Origin: Nitrospirota bacterium
GTDB lineage: Bacteria > Nitrospirota > UBA9217
Direction of reading: 5' to 3'
NCBI GenBank assembly: GCA_963796285.1
Contig: CAWCKW010000012.1
Coordinates: 1,920,001-1,984,000 of the forward strand
Length of the DNA stretch: 64,000 nucleotides
Shown here: in pieces, positions 18,570 to 29,195 of the stretch
How the letters are laid out: every line of letters starts with the position of its first letter
Numbering within the stretch: position 1 is the first letter of the stretch
Program-made: the position numbers and the translations under genes
The notes under the pieces: model-generated
The model's database searches: none
The model's input: the letters and a program-made list of their open reading frames with translations, nothing else
What the model was told of the DNA's origin: nothing

Positions 18570-20972
18570 TTAAGCAGCGCTCTTCCCCCAAAAATCGGAA
18601 ATTTCCTTCAAGATGCTCTCGGAAACAAGTTCGCTGACATCGGACTCGAACCAGTCGCCCGGCATGGAACGGGAATAACTTGATTGTACAAAACGGTTGT
18701 CCATCAGCACAATAAGGCCGCGGTCCTTCTCGGAGCGGATCACCCTCCCTGCTGCCTGGATCGCCTTGGCCATTGCGGGGATCACATAGGCATAGTCGAA
18801 CCCCGAATTGTATCGCTTCTGATAATATTTCCGCATCTGCTCACGCTCGAGATCGAAATTCGGCAGGGGCGGCCCGATCACGAACGCTCCGATGGCCATC
18901 TCACCCGGATAGTCCACTCCTTCAGAAAACATACCTCCCTGGACGCCAAAAAGGACCTTGGGAGGCGAGCCTTCACGAAGCTGCTCCAGAACGGCCTCGA
19001 CGCGGGGTGTTTTCATGTCCCGCTCCTGCTTGAGGACAATAAAACCATTTGACGGTTGAAACAAAGCAAGCACTCGTTCGAGGAATTCGAAGCTCGGAAA
19101 GAAGGCGAAATAATTACCCTGCCTCAAGGCTGTTATCCGCTCCATGGCATCGGCTATCTTCGAATAGCTGCGCTCGCGGTCGGAATACTTCGTCGAGATC
19201 TGCGGAATGATCAGGAGCTTGCGATGCTTCTTTGGAAAGGGGCTTTGAAATTCAGCCGTCATCACGGTTTTGGGATCGAGCCCGGATAATATTGCATAGT
19301 AATCAAAGGGCTTTAGCGTGGCCGAGAACCCGACCACCTGTCCGTACTCATCATAGCGATCCTTGAGCATGGGCGAGGCGTCGCAGCACGTGATCTTAAC
19401 AATGCCTCCGGTCGCATGCGGATGAAACGTCGTGAAGAATTCATCGGTATCAGGCTCTGCAACGTACTCGAGAGCTTCGACGAATGCGGACCAGTAAAAG
19501 CAAAGGCGCATGATCACGTCCCGGGGCTGGAGTTCCATGGGGGAGTCAAGGTAGCGCGAAAGGAATGCGCGGAGCTTCGAATCCTGCTCCAGGAACGAAT
19601 CGATGGGGGGAGTGATCTTCCGCGGTTTCATGCTGTGCTCATGCCTGCATGAGGCGACAACCTGAATGCAGGAACCGAGAAGCTCCTCGGCCTCGGCGCG
19701 GAAACGCGAAGGGACCGTGCGGATCTCGCCGCGCATTTGCTCAAACGCAAGGCTGGAGAGCGAGGGGGAATAGTAATCCATTGCGCGTGAGGGAAGATTA
19801 TGGGCCTCGTCGATCACGAGATTCGGTTTTCCTGTCTGATCGATGTTGATCATGGCCATGCGACCGAATGCAGAGCGCGGGGCGAAAACATAATTATAAT
19901 CGCAGATCACGATGTCGGCTTCCCCTGCCCCATCAAGCTGGAGCTCAAAGGGGCAGACCCGGTATTCTTCTCCCAGCTCGCGGAAGGTCCGTGCTTTGAG
20001 CTTCCTCTTCTTTGAGAGAACCTCGAGAAGCCCGTGTTCAGCGACCTTGGCGTAATAATCTTTGGCATATTCACAGAATTGGGGATCGCAGAGCGGTTCG
20101 TTCTGGAAGCAGATCTTGCTTTTGGCGGTAATGGTGAGAGACTTGATCTTCGCACCTCTGTCTTGAAAACGTTCCACCGCATCCTCGGCAACCAGGTGCT
20201 GGCTGTTCTTCGGCGTGACATAGACCACCCGCTGGCCGCGGGTGAGCGCTTCCTTGAGAACGGGATACAGAACGCCGACGGTCTTGCCGAGCCCGGTGGG
20301 GGCTTGAATGAGCATGGGTCTCTGCCGCTGCATCCCCTGTTCGACAGTCTGCATGAGCTCGATCTGGCCGGGCCGCGGGGTCTCGTAGGGGAAGGAGAAC
20401 CCTGCGGCAACCTTCCTGCGGCGGAGAACGCGCGTTTCGGATCTCTTCGCCTCCTCGACAAGTTCATCAAGGCGCAGGTCCAGCCATGCTTCGTACGCAG
20501 GGAGGTCCAGCGGCTGTTCAATGTTCAGGGACTCCCTGGTGCGGGTCGAGACGAGATGGAAGCTCAACAAGGGGACCATCTTGTGCTCGAGCCAGAAGAA
20601 GTAGCCATAGGTCGCGAGTTGAATGCAGTAGGGATGGTCCAGGGAAGTGTCCAGGAGCCGCCGTGCAAGGTCCCGGATATTGAAGCCGGTCTTGATCTCC
20701 TCGATCCTGGGCGGATCGTTCCTGAAGATCCCATCCATCCGTCCGTCGATACGGAACCGATATCCTTCCCTCTCGAACGATCGGCTGATCGCGATTTCGG
20801 CCTCGTAGGATTGATCGGCCCTGGCCCGCTTTCGCTGCACGCGGAGGTGAATCTCCTGCCCCTCGACAGCCGCCCGTCCAAACCCCGAATGGACCTCGAT
20901 GCTCCCGGTCCGGGGAACCGGCAATGCAAAATCGCGGATTGCGACAGGTATGAGCTTTAATTCAGGCGTCAT
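18570..20972 (-). CDS. DinG/Rad3(XPD)-family Fe-S DNA helicase with N-terminal PD-(D/E)XK nuclease domain
   Basis: GRMDG...IEEIKT...QLATY nuclease motifs; RPGQ, APTGLGKT, four Cys (KICF..LC..FC..VCPFE), DEAHN, SATL, SEGVD, QAAGRVIR. Confidence 0.9.
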   Translation of the reverse strand: MTPELKLIPVAIRDFALPVPRTGSIEVHSGFGRAAVEGQEIHLRVQRKRARADQSYEAEIAISRSFEREGYRFRIDGRMDGIFRNDPPRIEEIKTGFNIRDLARRLLDTSLDHPYCIQLATYGYFFWLEHKMVPLLSFHLVSTRTRESLNIEQPLDLPAYEAWLDLRLDELVEEAKRSETRVLRRRKVAAGFSFPYETPRPGQIELMQTVEQGMQRQRPMLIQAPTGLGKTVGVLYPVLKEALTRGQRVVYVTPKNSQHLVAEDAVERFQDRGAKIKSLTITAKSKICFQNEPLCDPQFCEYAKDYYAKVAEHGLLEVLSKKRKLKARTFRELGEEYRVCPFELQLDGAGEADIVICDYNYVFAPRSAFGRMAMINIDQTGKPNLVIDEAHNLPSRAMDYYSPSLSSLAFEQMRGEIRTVPSRFRAEAEELLGSCIQVVASCRHEHSMKPRKITPPIDSFLEQDSKLRAFLSRYLDSPMELQPRDVIMRLCFYWSAFVEALEYVAEPDTDEFFTTFHPHATGGIVKITCCDASPMLKDRYDEYGQVVGFSATLKPFDYYAILSGLDPKTVMTAEFQSPFPKKHRKLLIIPQISTKYSDRERSYSKIADAMERITALRQGNYFAFFPSFEFLERVLALFQPSNGFIVLKQERDMKTPRVEAVLEQLREGSPPKVLFGVQGGMFSEGVDYPGEMAIGAFVIGPPLPNFDLEREQMRKYYQKRYNSGFDYAYVIPAMAKAIQAAGRVIRSEKDRGLIVLMDNRFVQSSYSRSMPGDWFESDVSELVSESILKEISDFWGKSAA

Positions 20973-21051
20973 GCTTTTTCCAGTAAAAGGATCACCTAAG
21001 CGAATTGAGTGATCAGCAAGAGGTAGCATCGCACAATATGACAATCGTTGC

Positions 21052-21093
21052 AAACAAAAACCGGTTCAAAGAAAGGTCCCTTCTTTGAACCGG
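21052..21093 (-). terminator. Intrinsic terminator
   Basis: 13-bp stem CCGGTTCAAAGAA/TTCTTTGAACCGG followed on the minus strand by TTTTTGTTT. Confidence 0.7.
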
Positions 21094-21409
21094 CAATAAA
21101 CGACATCTGGATGAACGAACAAGTAACTAAGGGTAAGGGTGGAGTGGTCGGGCTTTGTCTTCGGGTTCTCGCGGCATGCCCGTCCGCAAGAACAGAGGGA
21201 GTCCTATCGGGTCATATCGAGACAGGCCAGTTGAAAAACACCGATTACATCACAGCAAGGAGCGGTAATCTAAAACTCGCTGTTTTGTATAAATGCGAGA
21301 TTATTCGCCGCGCTGGAAGACGGTATTAAACTTCTTCAACAATCTGTACACGCCTGACACGGTCCTTACTATCTAACCTCTGTCTATACCCCATGGTATA
21401 ACTGCCGTG

Positions 21410-22096
21410 TCAGAAGTAGGTGACTTGCAACAGAGGTGCAAGATCTCTTCGATTCGGTCCCGTGGTATCGGTGATTTCGATAAGCCCGGGAGAAACCGCC
21501 CCTAGATCCTCCATAATACGGACCTGGAAGTTGGCCAGACCCAAACGCTGTGCCTCCTGCATCATCGACGTCACATCAAGGGAAACGTGCTTACCGAAGT
21601 CGGCTTGGGAAATCGGAGGCGTGATCGTGGCGGTGACCAACGCCGGTTGGAGAGTCCGGTCAAAATCCGTCTCTACCAATGTTGGCGATTGAAGAGAAAC
21701 AAGTTCGATACGAATTGGAATCGTGCCGGCCAGCGGTTGCGGAGAGATGCTGTTTATTACTATATCGAGGATTGCCGATACAATAACGGCTTTACCCGGG
21801 ACACCACCCGCTCCTGTTAAGGGGAATTCCAGGAACGCGCGGTATTCCGCATTAGTGCCAGGATTTATGCCGGCAAACACACTCTGTACACTCGGATTCA
21901 TGCCCTGCGTTACCGTGAAAAGACTCGTGAGGGGATCTCGTACGATATAGCCGTCAAACGCGGGGTCACTGAGGATCGGTGCAACAATTTGATTAGGTGC
22001 TCTGACACCGTCGTCGCGATGGCCATCGCGATGGCCACAACCTATCAGGGTTAGACTTATGAACACCATTATTGCCGCCAGACATGTCCTTTTCAT
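21410..22096 (-). CDS. Hypothetical lipoprotein (beta-rich)
   Basis: GGGAGG RBS; lipobox LIGC; ends P.LQVTYF. Confidence 0.8.
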   Translation of the reverse strand: MKRTCLAAIMVFISLTLIGCGHRDGHRDDGVRAPNQIVAPILSDPAFDGYIVRDPLTSLFTVTQGMNPSVQSVFAGINPGTNAEYRAFLEFPLTGAGGVPGKAVIVSAILDIVINSISPQPLAGTIPIRIELVSLQSPTLVETDFDRTLQPALVTATITPPISQADFGKHVSLDVTSMMQEAQRLGLANFQVRIMEDLGAVSPGLIEITDTTGPNRRDLAPLLQVTYF

Positions 22097-22474
22097 GGCT
22101 ACCTCCCGTCTTTGTTCATCGTATTATCAAGATTTACCACAAAGCACACAGAGAAGGAATTGAATATATCAAGAAGGCGCCTCGGTGACCTCCCTCCCAC
22201 TCTGTGCCCTTTTTATTACGAGCACTGTTCGTTATTTCTTGTCTTTTAAACCACGAGATCAGAGCATCTTATTGATAAATAAACTCAAGGTGTTTGGGTT
22301 TTCCCCAGACATTCCTCAGTGCTCTCTGCCTGCGCCCAGCGTTTATCAGTGTAACCGTAGCCTGCTCTTGCTAAAACGCGGCCATAAACGAGTGCAGGGT
22401 GTGGTTTCATTTTTTTGCCCCTCTTTTTTGTAACTACTCAGGTCGCCCGCCGCTCAAGGGCGCCTCTAGGGGTG

Positions 22475-23395
22475 TTATCTTCTCTCCCCAGACGGTGTTC
22501 TTGCGCCACCAGCGGGCTGGCGGCTTTTCCTGCTGCCGCGGGAAGGTGGCGGAGACGTTTTCCTTCCCCGTGTCATTGCCCGCTCACGGGATCCCCTGAA
22601 TATAGTATTGTTCCATCCTCGAACTCCGGGGGAAATGAAGCGTCTTGCATCGTGTGGTACACCTATGCCTGCAAAGGTCCTTCCATTGAATCGCCTCAAG
22701 GGATCGACTCGAACAATCCTGTTTGTGTGGTGATCCACGAAATGATTGGAGATGACCTCCACCCTATTATGAACATGGACAACCCTGTGGAAATCACCCA
22801 GGATGTAGAAACCAGGAAACCAGAAATTCCACCCCCAGAAGGGATAGGGCACCCAGACATATAAATAGGTGTAATCCGGAGGAGGGGGGTAGTAGGTCAC
22901 AGTCGGCGGGCCTTGGTCTGAGTAATAGTCGTTTATCACGGTAGTATCCGGAGCAGTGACATTACCTGGAGCATTCTGGGCTGTCTGTCCAGGAGTACCC
23001 TCCCTGACGGCCAAGTTAATCTCGGCCATAACATCCTGAAATGCCTTCAACGCTTCACCTTTCCCCATTTTCAAGCTTTTGGATTCAGATGCGACGCTTA
23101 TTGACTGCGTCAACTCTCCGACAACGTCAGGCGTAACCGGGTAATCGGCAATCCACCCGTTCCGGGGCGTGACACCGGCATTCCCGAGCAAGCTCTCTGC
23201 TTCAGCCTCGCTGGTAGCCTTTCCCAGTTTAAGAGCATCAACAAGTTTGACTGCTAAATCTCCCTCCCTGACCAATGGCTGAGCAATTGGAGCTTGTTCT
23301 CCTCCTATCACCTGCTCAGATTGCGCATGGATGCCTACAGGCATTAAAACCAGGACACACCATGCCACAGACGCTATAATAAACGATCTTTTCAT
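22475..23395 (-). CDS. Hypothetical secreted protein with Pro/Tyr/Trp-rich segment and Arg/Gly-rich tail
   Basis: Signal peptide ending IHA; YYPPPPDYTYLYVWVPYPFWGW. Confidence 0.8.
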   Translation of the reverse strand: MKRSFIIASVAWCVLVLMPVGIHAQSEQVIGGEQAPIAQPLVREGDLAVKLVDALKLGKATSEAEAESLLGNAGVTPRNGWIADYPVTPDVVGELTQSISVASESKSLKMGKGEALKAFQDVMAEINLAVREGTPGQTAQNAPGNVTAPDTTVINDYYSDQGPPTVTYYPPPPDYTYLYVWVPYPFWGWNFWFPGFYILGDFHRVVHVHNRVEVISNHFVDHHTNRIVRVDPLRRFNGRTFAGIGVPHDARRFISPGVRGWNNTIFRGSRERAMTRGRKTSPPPSRGSRKSRQPAGGARTPSGERR

Positions 23396-23658
23396 GGTTT
23401 GTTACTCCCTTCATTTTTCGCCAAAGAGCTATCCAGATCTCTGTCTAGATATATTGTAACCTAAATCCGGCTGAATTTCTCCTATGACATTGAATGCCTG
23501 ATTTAAGAAGATGCTAAAACCGTGATGCGGTATTCAGGTATCCAACAGATACAGAATGTTACCCGATATGTTTCAAAGAAATGCCCTTTAAACAACTTCA
23601 AGAACAGGTCCAGGACCTCCAGGCGATTCATTGTTGTAGCTACGCGAAGCATTCAATT

Positions 23659-24658
23659 CTACTTTGATCGAAGGTATTCAATAGCATGCTTCGCCCATGT
23701 GCTGTCTTGAAGGATGGCTCTTCCCACACCGATCAGGTCTGCCTTCTTCTCCACCAGGAATTTCTCTGCCGATTCAACTTCGGTAACCCCGCCCGTAAGG
23801 ATCACGGGAATGGAAACAGCGCTCTTGATGGCCTCGCTGAGGGGAGCAAAATAACCTTGCCCAATGAGGCCGGGAGGAGTATATCCGACAAACCCGCCTG
23901 AAATGTGAATAATATCCACGCCTTCCTTTTCAAATGCCCGGGCGGCAATCTTGCTGTCTTCAATCGTCGTTCCGCCTTCTGTATAATCCGAAGCCCCTAA
24001 CCGTACCTGAATGGGAAAATTCGGCCCGACTGCCGAACGTATTGCCTGGATCACCTGCAGGTGAATGCGAATACGATTTGAAATTGCTCCACCGTATTCG
24101 TCTGTTCGTCTTGTTAGTCAGGGGAGACAAAAACTGGTTGAGAAGGTAACCATGAGCGGAATGTATTTCCACGGCGTCAAAACCTGCTTCCCTGACGCGG
24201 CGGCCGGCGTCTTTAAACGCATTCACAATATCGCCGATCCCCTTCCGGGTGATCTCGCGGGGCATGTCACCGCGCCTCGGGTTCGCTGTTGCTGAAGGAG
24301 CCAGGGGTGTCGTTCCCGTGACCTCTTTTAGCGCTGCGCTTCCGGCGTGGTTGATCTGCATCGCGGCCTTTGATCCGTTTCGGTGAATGACATCCGCTAA
24401 TTTCCGCAGACCGGGGATCACCGAGTCGTCGGAAACGGAAAGCTGATTGTCGCTTGCTTTTCCTTCCCGGGTTATGTAGCTGTGCTCGATGATGATCAAT
24501 GAAATATAGCCGCCACGGGATTTTTCCTCGTAGTAGTCGAGAAGCGCCTGACTTACTGTTCCGTCAGGCTCGGCTTTTGCCGTAGCCATCGGCGGCATTA
24601 CCAGCCGGTTGGCTAAGTTCATTGATCGCACTATTAACGGTTTGAGGAGATAGGTCAT
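23659..24658 (-). pseudogene. NADH:flavin oxidoreductase (old yellow enzyme family), frameshifted near 24110
   Basis: NRLVMPPM...EIHSAHGYLLNQFLSPLTN in one frame, RTDEYGG...GVDIIHISGG...DLIGVGR in another; removing one base restores the gene. Confidence 0.85.
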
Positions 24659-24757
24659 GGATTGATCAGCTTTTTTAAATAGAACCGCTACCTTTCTATT
24701 GGAAGTCTTTATTCAGGCTCCTTCTGATTCACTATCGTACACCAGAAAAAGGACTTG

Positions 24758-25729
24758 TCATTCCTTGACCGGGGTCCAGGTCTTATCAGGATCGTACGTG
24801 TCTACGGACTGCTCCATCTTCAGAGTGTCCGGTCCGAGGTTCTTTTGGTACACCTTGCCTTGCTGATTGATGATAAAGGTCATTACTCCCGACTTCCCCC
24901 AGTTTGAGGGAAATGCAACCAGGGCAAAGCCTCCGACCATGTTGCCATTGATAATATAATTGTATTTGCCCCCTGGCGCATTCTTCCCCTGTCTTGTCAG
25001 TGTCTTGAAATAGTAGCCATGAAACGGGATCGGCTGTTCCTTGAAGAGAGATTTTTCCTTCTTATAACCCGCCATCCTGGCCTGTGCCACGAGTTCACCC
25101 AGAGGGCTTGCCGGTTCACCCGGCTCGTGTCGCCAGAAGAGACCGTTCTTCTTGCCGGGATCACTCCGGAGTTTCTGTGCATACGCGAGTATCCCGTCAC
25201 CATCCCAGTCCTGCAGTACATACTCACGCTGAGCCTTGACATAGGTGCGGCAGACCAGTATGGCAGTGAGCTCATCTTCACCTATCCTGCGGTTCAGGAT
25301 CTCTTCCTTGCCGGCTTCGGTGTCAAAGTGCCATTGGCCATTCGTTTTTACCAGGGGGATCGGAAATGGCCAGTTCTCATTGCCGATGGAAATGATCACC
25401 TTTGAATCATTCTCTTTCACAAGGCTGGTTTTTTCCGCTACGTGCCTGGAAAATTCTTCTGATTCCGCTGCGTCCTGTACCGCATCACCGGAGAGAAGGT
25501 CTTTTGAGGATGGCCCGAATATCTGATCGAGCGCGGCCTTATCGTGTATCTTGACGGCCTCAACGAGTCCCTTCAAGGCATCCTCAGGAGTGGAAAATAG
25601 TTTTTGCGATGGTGCCGCCATGATCGGCATGCTCCAGGCAACGATAAACGCTGCACAGACAAAAAGCGCAGCAATAAAAACCATACCCCGCGATGAACGA
25701 AAGAGATATTTCTGTCGCCTTGTCTCCAT
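24758..25729 (-). CDS. DUF2950 domain protein (secreted)
   Basis: WPFPIPLV, RRIGEDEL, AQREY, PFHGYYFK, GFALVAFP..GKSGVMTF. Confidence 0.9.
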   Translation of the reverse strand: METRRQKYLFRSSRGMVFIAALFVCAAFIVAWSMPIMAAPSQKLFSTPEDALKGLVEAVKIHDKAALDQIFGPSSKDLLSGDAVQDAAESEEFSRHVAEKTSLVKENDSKVIISIGNENWPFPIPLVKTNGQWHFDTEAGKEEILNRRIGEDELTAILVCRTYVKAQREYVLQDWDGDGILAYAQKLRSDPGKKNGLFWRHEPGEPASPLGELVAQARMAGYKKEKSLFKEQPIPFHGYYFKTLTRQGKNAPGGKYNYIINGNMVGGFALVAFPSNWGKSGVMTFIINQQGKVYQKNLGPDTLKMEQSVDTYDPDKTWTPVKE

Positions 25730-25797
25730 AGATTCCTTCCTTTCTTAATTCAATGTATTCCGCGTGATGGAAACGAGTTGATGCAAACCCGTTGTTG

Positions 25798-27110
25798 CTA
25801 CCGGCGTTGCCTGCCGCCGGAGTCATCCTTGCGTGCAGGGACACTGCCTCGACGCACCGGGGGCTGCGCGGCTGGCCGTGCCTGTTCGCTGCTTTGACGG
25901 CTGGCCTGGCCACGAAGGCCCTGCGTCTTCGCTTCGCCGGCTCCGCGGTAACCGCCAAAGGTAACTGAGGGAGTCTTTGCGGGCTGCTGGATCGCTGGCG
26001 CAGAACCGGGCTGATTCGAACTACCGCTGCCCACCTGTGGTGAAAAGGGTCTCACCTGCTGGCCGCTGCCTGGAGCTGGAATAGTCGGCCGTTGACTGAC
26101 ATTCGGGGTCGGCATGGTTCGTCGCTCGCTGGTACTTGGAGCCGATGGTGCGGGCTGTTGACTGACTGTTCCACGGCTTTCCCGTCCGCGATTGCTGAAT
26201 GCGCGGGTGTCCCGTCCGCGGCCGTATATCCCACCGGCCGGCCTGGGCTGTATCGCAGTGCTCCCCCTGGCCTCACCCACGCGTGCATACCTGTCGGCGT
26301 TCGGTCCGCTGGGTCGTGATGCCAGGTACCTGGCGGGGTCACCGTGTGATCTATCATGCCTCCATATCCGATTTATTGAAGGCCTGCTTCTGTTGATATA
26401 AACATTCGTTATGTGAACATATGGCCTTGCATGATTGACCCAGCCTGGGCGGTTCCAGCCATGATAGATCACGTGGTGGCGACCCCAGTCAACGTCCATG
26501 CTCAACCAGCCCCCGATCGCCAGGCCAAAGCCAAAAGTGAAAGAATGGCGTAAGCTTGGACATATACAACGGAAGTGTCATATTGAGGGACGTATATATA
26601 CTGGGGTTGAGCTGGAACGATCAGGATGTAGTCTCCTTCGACAATGACGCTTTGTTCAGCGTTACTGACCAGACTCCCGACGGCCCTCGCCTGCCGCCTG
26701 AGCCGCTGGATCGAATTGGTCACCTCTTCCGGCTGGTTGATAAAGGCATCTCCCAGGTTGGCAGTCCAATCCATATTCCCGGCCATCATTTGAAGAATGT
26801 CAGGATAGTGGGCAATTGCCCTGACGGACTCGGCCCAAACCTGCTCGTCAATACGCGACAAATCCCCTCCGCTGTTGAGCCACGCGTCCGCATCGGCTAC
26901 CTCTGTCGGATACGTAGAAGCCGGCAGAATCTGGGCCAGCAGAGGGTCCGGGTAGAGCGCGATAGGGGCGAGAAGATCGTCAAGCTCCTGGTCCGTAAAG
27001 GATACTGAGTATGTCAGGTCCGCGTCTTCCGCCCAGGCGGGAACGGGCAGGAGGGCTGAAAGGCAAACGATACAGACAAGCAGAAAGCCTTTTAATAAGG
27101 TCCTCTTCAT
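25798..27110 (-). pseudogene. DUF3300 domain protein, frameshifted near 26540-26560
   Basis: LDDLLAPIALYPDPLLAQILPASTYP, LGDAF..Q...IQRLR, YVPQYD; continues in another frame as FTFGFGLAIGGWLSMDVDWG into the Gly/Arg/Pro tail. Confidence 0.85.
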
Positions 27111-27374
27111 GAGCGCGGCTCCTTCCTCTCTCTTCCGTGGGGTTACTGGTAGACACCGGATGATCGCCAATACCTGCTTTCGTTTCTGCTTCATGAAGCG
27201 CGTTCGTAACAAATAAGATTAAATCCAGGCTATCCCCGATCCGTTATATTTGGACTGAGTTCATAACCCCCAATAGTTCAGTATAAGTTAGACACGATTC
27301 AGCGTGAATAGTTGCACTATTTTCATCCTTGCTATAAAAAGGTCAAGAGAACCGGTCGTGTTGATTTTAGAATA

Positions 27375-27944
27375 TTAGCCAGATCTCTTATACTTCTTTC
27401 CCTCACTCCAGCATTTTCCCACTGCCTGCCCAAGGGACCAGTACATCATGCTGCTCCTGTCAAAGAGCAGCGGTTTGACCTTTGCAAGGTCCACCTTGCC
27501 ATCCGTGAGTACCGAGTCATCGGCATAGGTGGACACGATCTCGCCGATGAACAGATCGTGGGTCCTGGTCTCATAGGTATCATGGAGCCTGCACTCCATG
27601 GAGAGCGGACAGTCCCGGATAAGCGGGGCGGTCTTCAACTCTCCGAAGAACGTCTCAAAGACATCTGACTTATCGATCTTACTGCCCGAGACCAGACCGA
27701 CATAATCCATCTCCACCATCCGGTCCTGCGACAGGATGTTCACGCTGAACGTCTTGTTCTCCCTGATGCCTGCGTTGGTGTAGTGGACCTTCCCCATGCC
27801 AATCGAAATGAGATGGGGTGCTGCGGCGTTCAGGATCCCGACGTGGGCGACGTTCAGAAAATTCACCTTCCCGTTGACCAGCGCACCGACGATTGTCACC
27901 AGCGTGGGATAGAGCACATTCCGGTTCCCGATCTTCATTTTCAT
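27375..27944 (-). CDS. Flavin reductase / flavoredoxin family protein
   Basis: FSVNI, DYVGLVSG, APLIRDCPLSMEC, HDLFIGEI. Confidence 0.9.
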   Translation of the reverse strand: MKMKIGNRNVLYPTLVTIVGALVNGKVNFLNVAHVGILNAAAPHLISIGMGKVHYTNAGIRENKTFSVNILSQDRMVEMDYVGLVSGSKIDKSDVFETFFGELKTAPLIRDCPLSMECRLHDTYETRTHDLFIGEIVSTYADDSVLTDGKVDLAKVKPLLFDRSSMMYWSLGQAVGKCWSEGKKYKRSG

Positions 27945-27965
27945 GTGTTACCCCGCTTCATGCTG

Positions 27966-28517
27966 TCAATCATAATGTATCAGCATTGCTTCCTTGATCT
28001 TCTGCGCCTTCTCTTTGCTCACCAGCCGCTCAACGATTGCGAGGCCGAAGGTGAGTGCCGTGCCTGCCCCCCTGCTGGTCAGCACATTCCCGTCCGTCAC
28101 GACGGACTTTTCTTCATAGAGCGCCCCGCCGAGACTTGCCTTGTAGGAAGGGTACGAAGTAGCATGCTTGCCCTGGAGCACGCCCGCGCCCGCGAGCACA
28201 ATGGGCGCAGCGCAGATAGCGCCCGTCAGTTTCCCTTTCCGCGAGAAGCCTTTGATCAGCTCCTTTACACGCGGGTCCGCGTTCAGGTTGTCCGTGCCCG
28301 GCTGGCCTCCCGGCAGCACGATCATGTCGAAATCATCGACTCTCACCGTATCGAGGGTCGTGTCGGGTATGATCTTCACCTTCCGGGCGCTCGTGATATG
28401 CCCGTCGTGCAGTCCCGCGACCACCGTGTCAATCTCTGCACGTCTTAGAACATCGATAATGGCGATGGCCTCCACTTCCTCGAAACCGTCCGCAAGTATG
28501 ACCGCTACTCTCGGCAT
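27966..28517 (-). CDS. DJ-1/PfpI (YajL/ThiJ-like) glyoxalase/deglycase
   Basis: LADGFEEVEA, DVLRRA, VLPGG, AICAAP, TSRGAGT; AGGAGG RBS. Confidence 0.92.
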   Translation of the reverse strand: MPRVAVILADGFEEVEAIAIIDVLRRAEIDTVVAGLHDGHITSARKVKIIPDTTLDTVRVDDFDMIVLPGGQPGTDNLNADPRVKELIKGFSRKGKLTGAICAAPIVLAGAGVLQGKHATSYPSYKASLGGALYEEKSVVTDGNVLTSRGAGTALTFGLAIVERLVSKEKAQKIKEAMLIHYD

Positions 28518-28670
28518 AGACACCTCCTTACACTCGGTGGAAAAGCTAGTCGCATGAGGCAATAATTTATCGCTTTTTTCACGTTTCATTAACTCTTGAA
28601 CTGTATCACGATAAAGAAGCAGGCATACCGTGAAAAGCACCGGATATAAGATCTCTGCGGAATTATCGAT

Positions 28671-28706
28671 AAAAAAGGACGGAGGAAACTTCGGATCCCT
28701 CCGTCC
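28671..28706 (-). terminator. Intrinsic terminator of the Spy/CpxP-like gene
   Basis: GGACGGAGG/CCTCCGTCC stem followed by a T6 run on the minus strand. Confidence 0.7.
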
Positions 28707-28736
28707 GGAAACAGGCACCGCAACATCGCAGACTGC

Positions 28737-29195
28737 TTAGTAACCTGAGTGTCCCTTCTCCTGTTGCGTTTCAGATGGTCGTTTATCAGACATGTGTTTT
28801 TCTATCATCACTACTAGTTTCTCTCTCTGCTCCGGCGTGAGCATATCATGGATCTCCGTAAATTTTGCGGCGACGAACTGCATCATATCAGTGGCCTGTG
28901 TCTGGTTCTTCTCAACCAGGGCGTTCAGCCGAGTTTTATCGATTTCTGCGCTCCTCATCAGCTCATTCGCTTCTCTTACGGTCTCTTCCCGCATCTTGAT
29001 CATGCCCGGTCGCCTGGTCAGGAATTCGTCCTTGATCTTCTCGAACTGAGCCTTTTGGCTGTCATCTAATTTTAGCTCCGACGCCAGGTACTTCACCATG
29101 TGCTCAGCCCGCTGCTCTGGAGTCCGGGTACAACCGCCCAAGATCAGCATTGCAATGGTCGCCACCGTAATGATTATGAATTTTTTGTTTTTCAT
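28737..29195 (-). CDS. Spy/CpxP-family periplasmic lipoprotein (LTxxQ motifs)
   Basis: Lipobox LGGC; LKLDDSQK and LTPEQR. Confidence 0.85.
   Translation of the reverse strand: MKNKKFIIITVATIAMLILGGCTRTPEQRAEHMVKYLASELKLDDSQKAQFEKIKDEFLTRRPGMIKMREETVREANELMRSAEIDKTRLNALVEKNQTQATDMMQFVAAKFTEIHDMLTPEQREKLVVMIEKHMSDKRPSETQQEKGHSGY

Noticed and set aside
18570-20972. CRISPR-associated Cas4/CasDinG
   Set aside because: No repeat-spacer array and no cas genes anywhere in the window.
27241-27270. ModE-like box (CGTTAT...ATAACC)
   Set aside because: Half-site spacing is longer than the ModE consensus and no Mo genes are adjacent.
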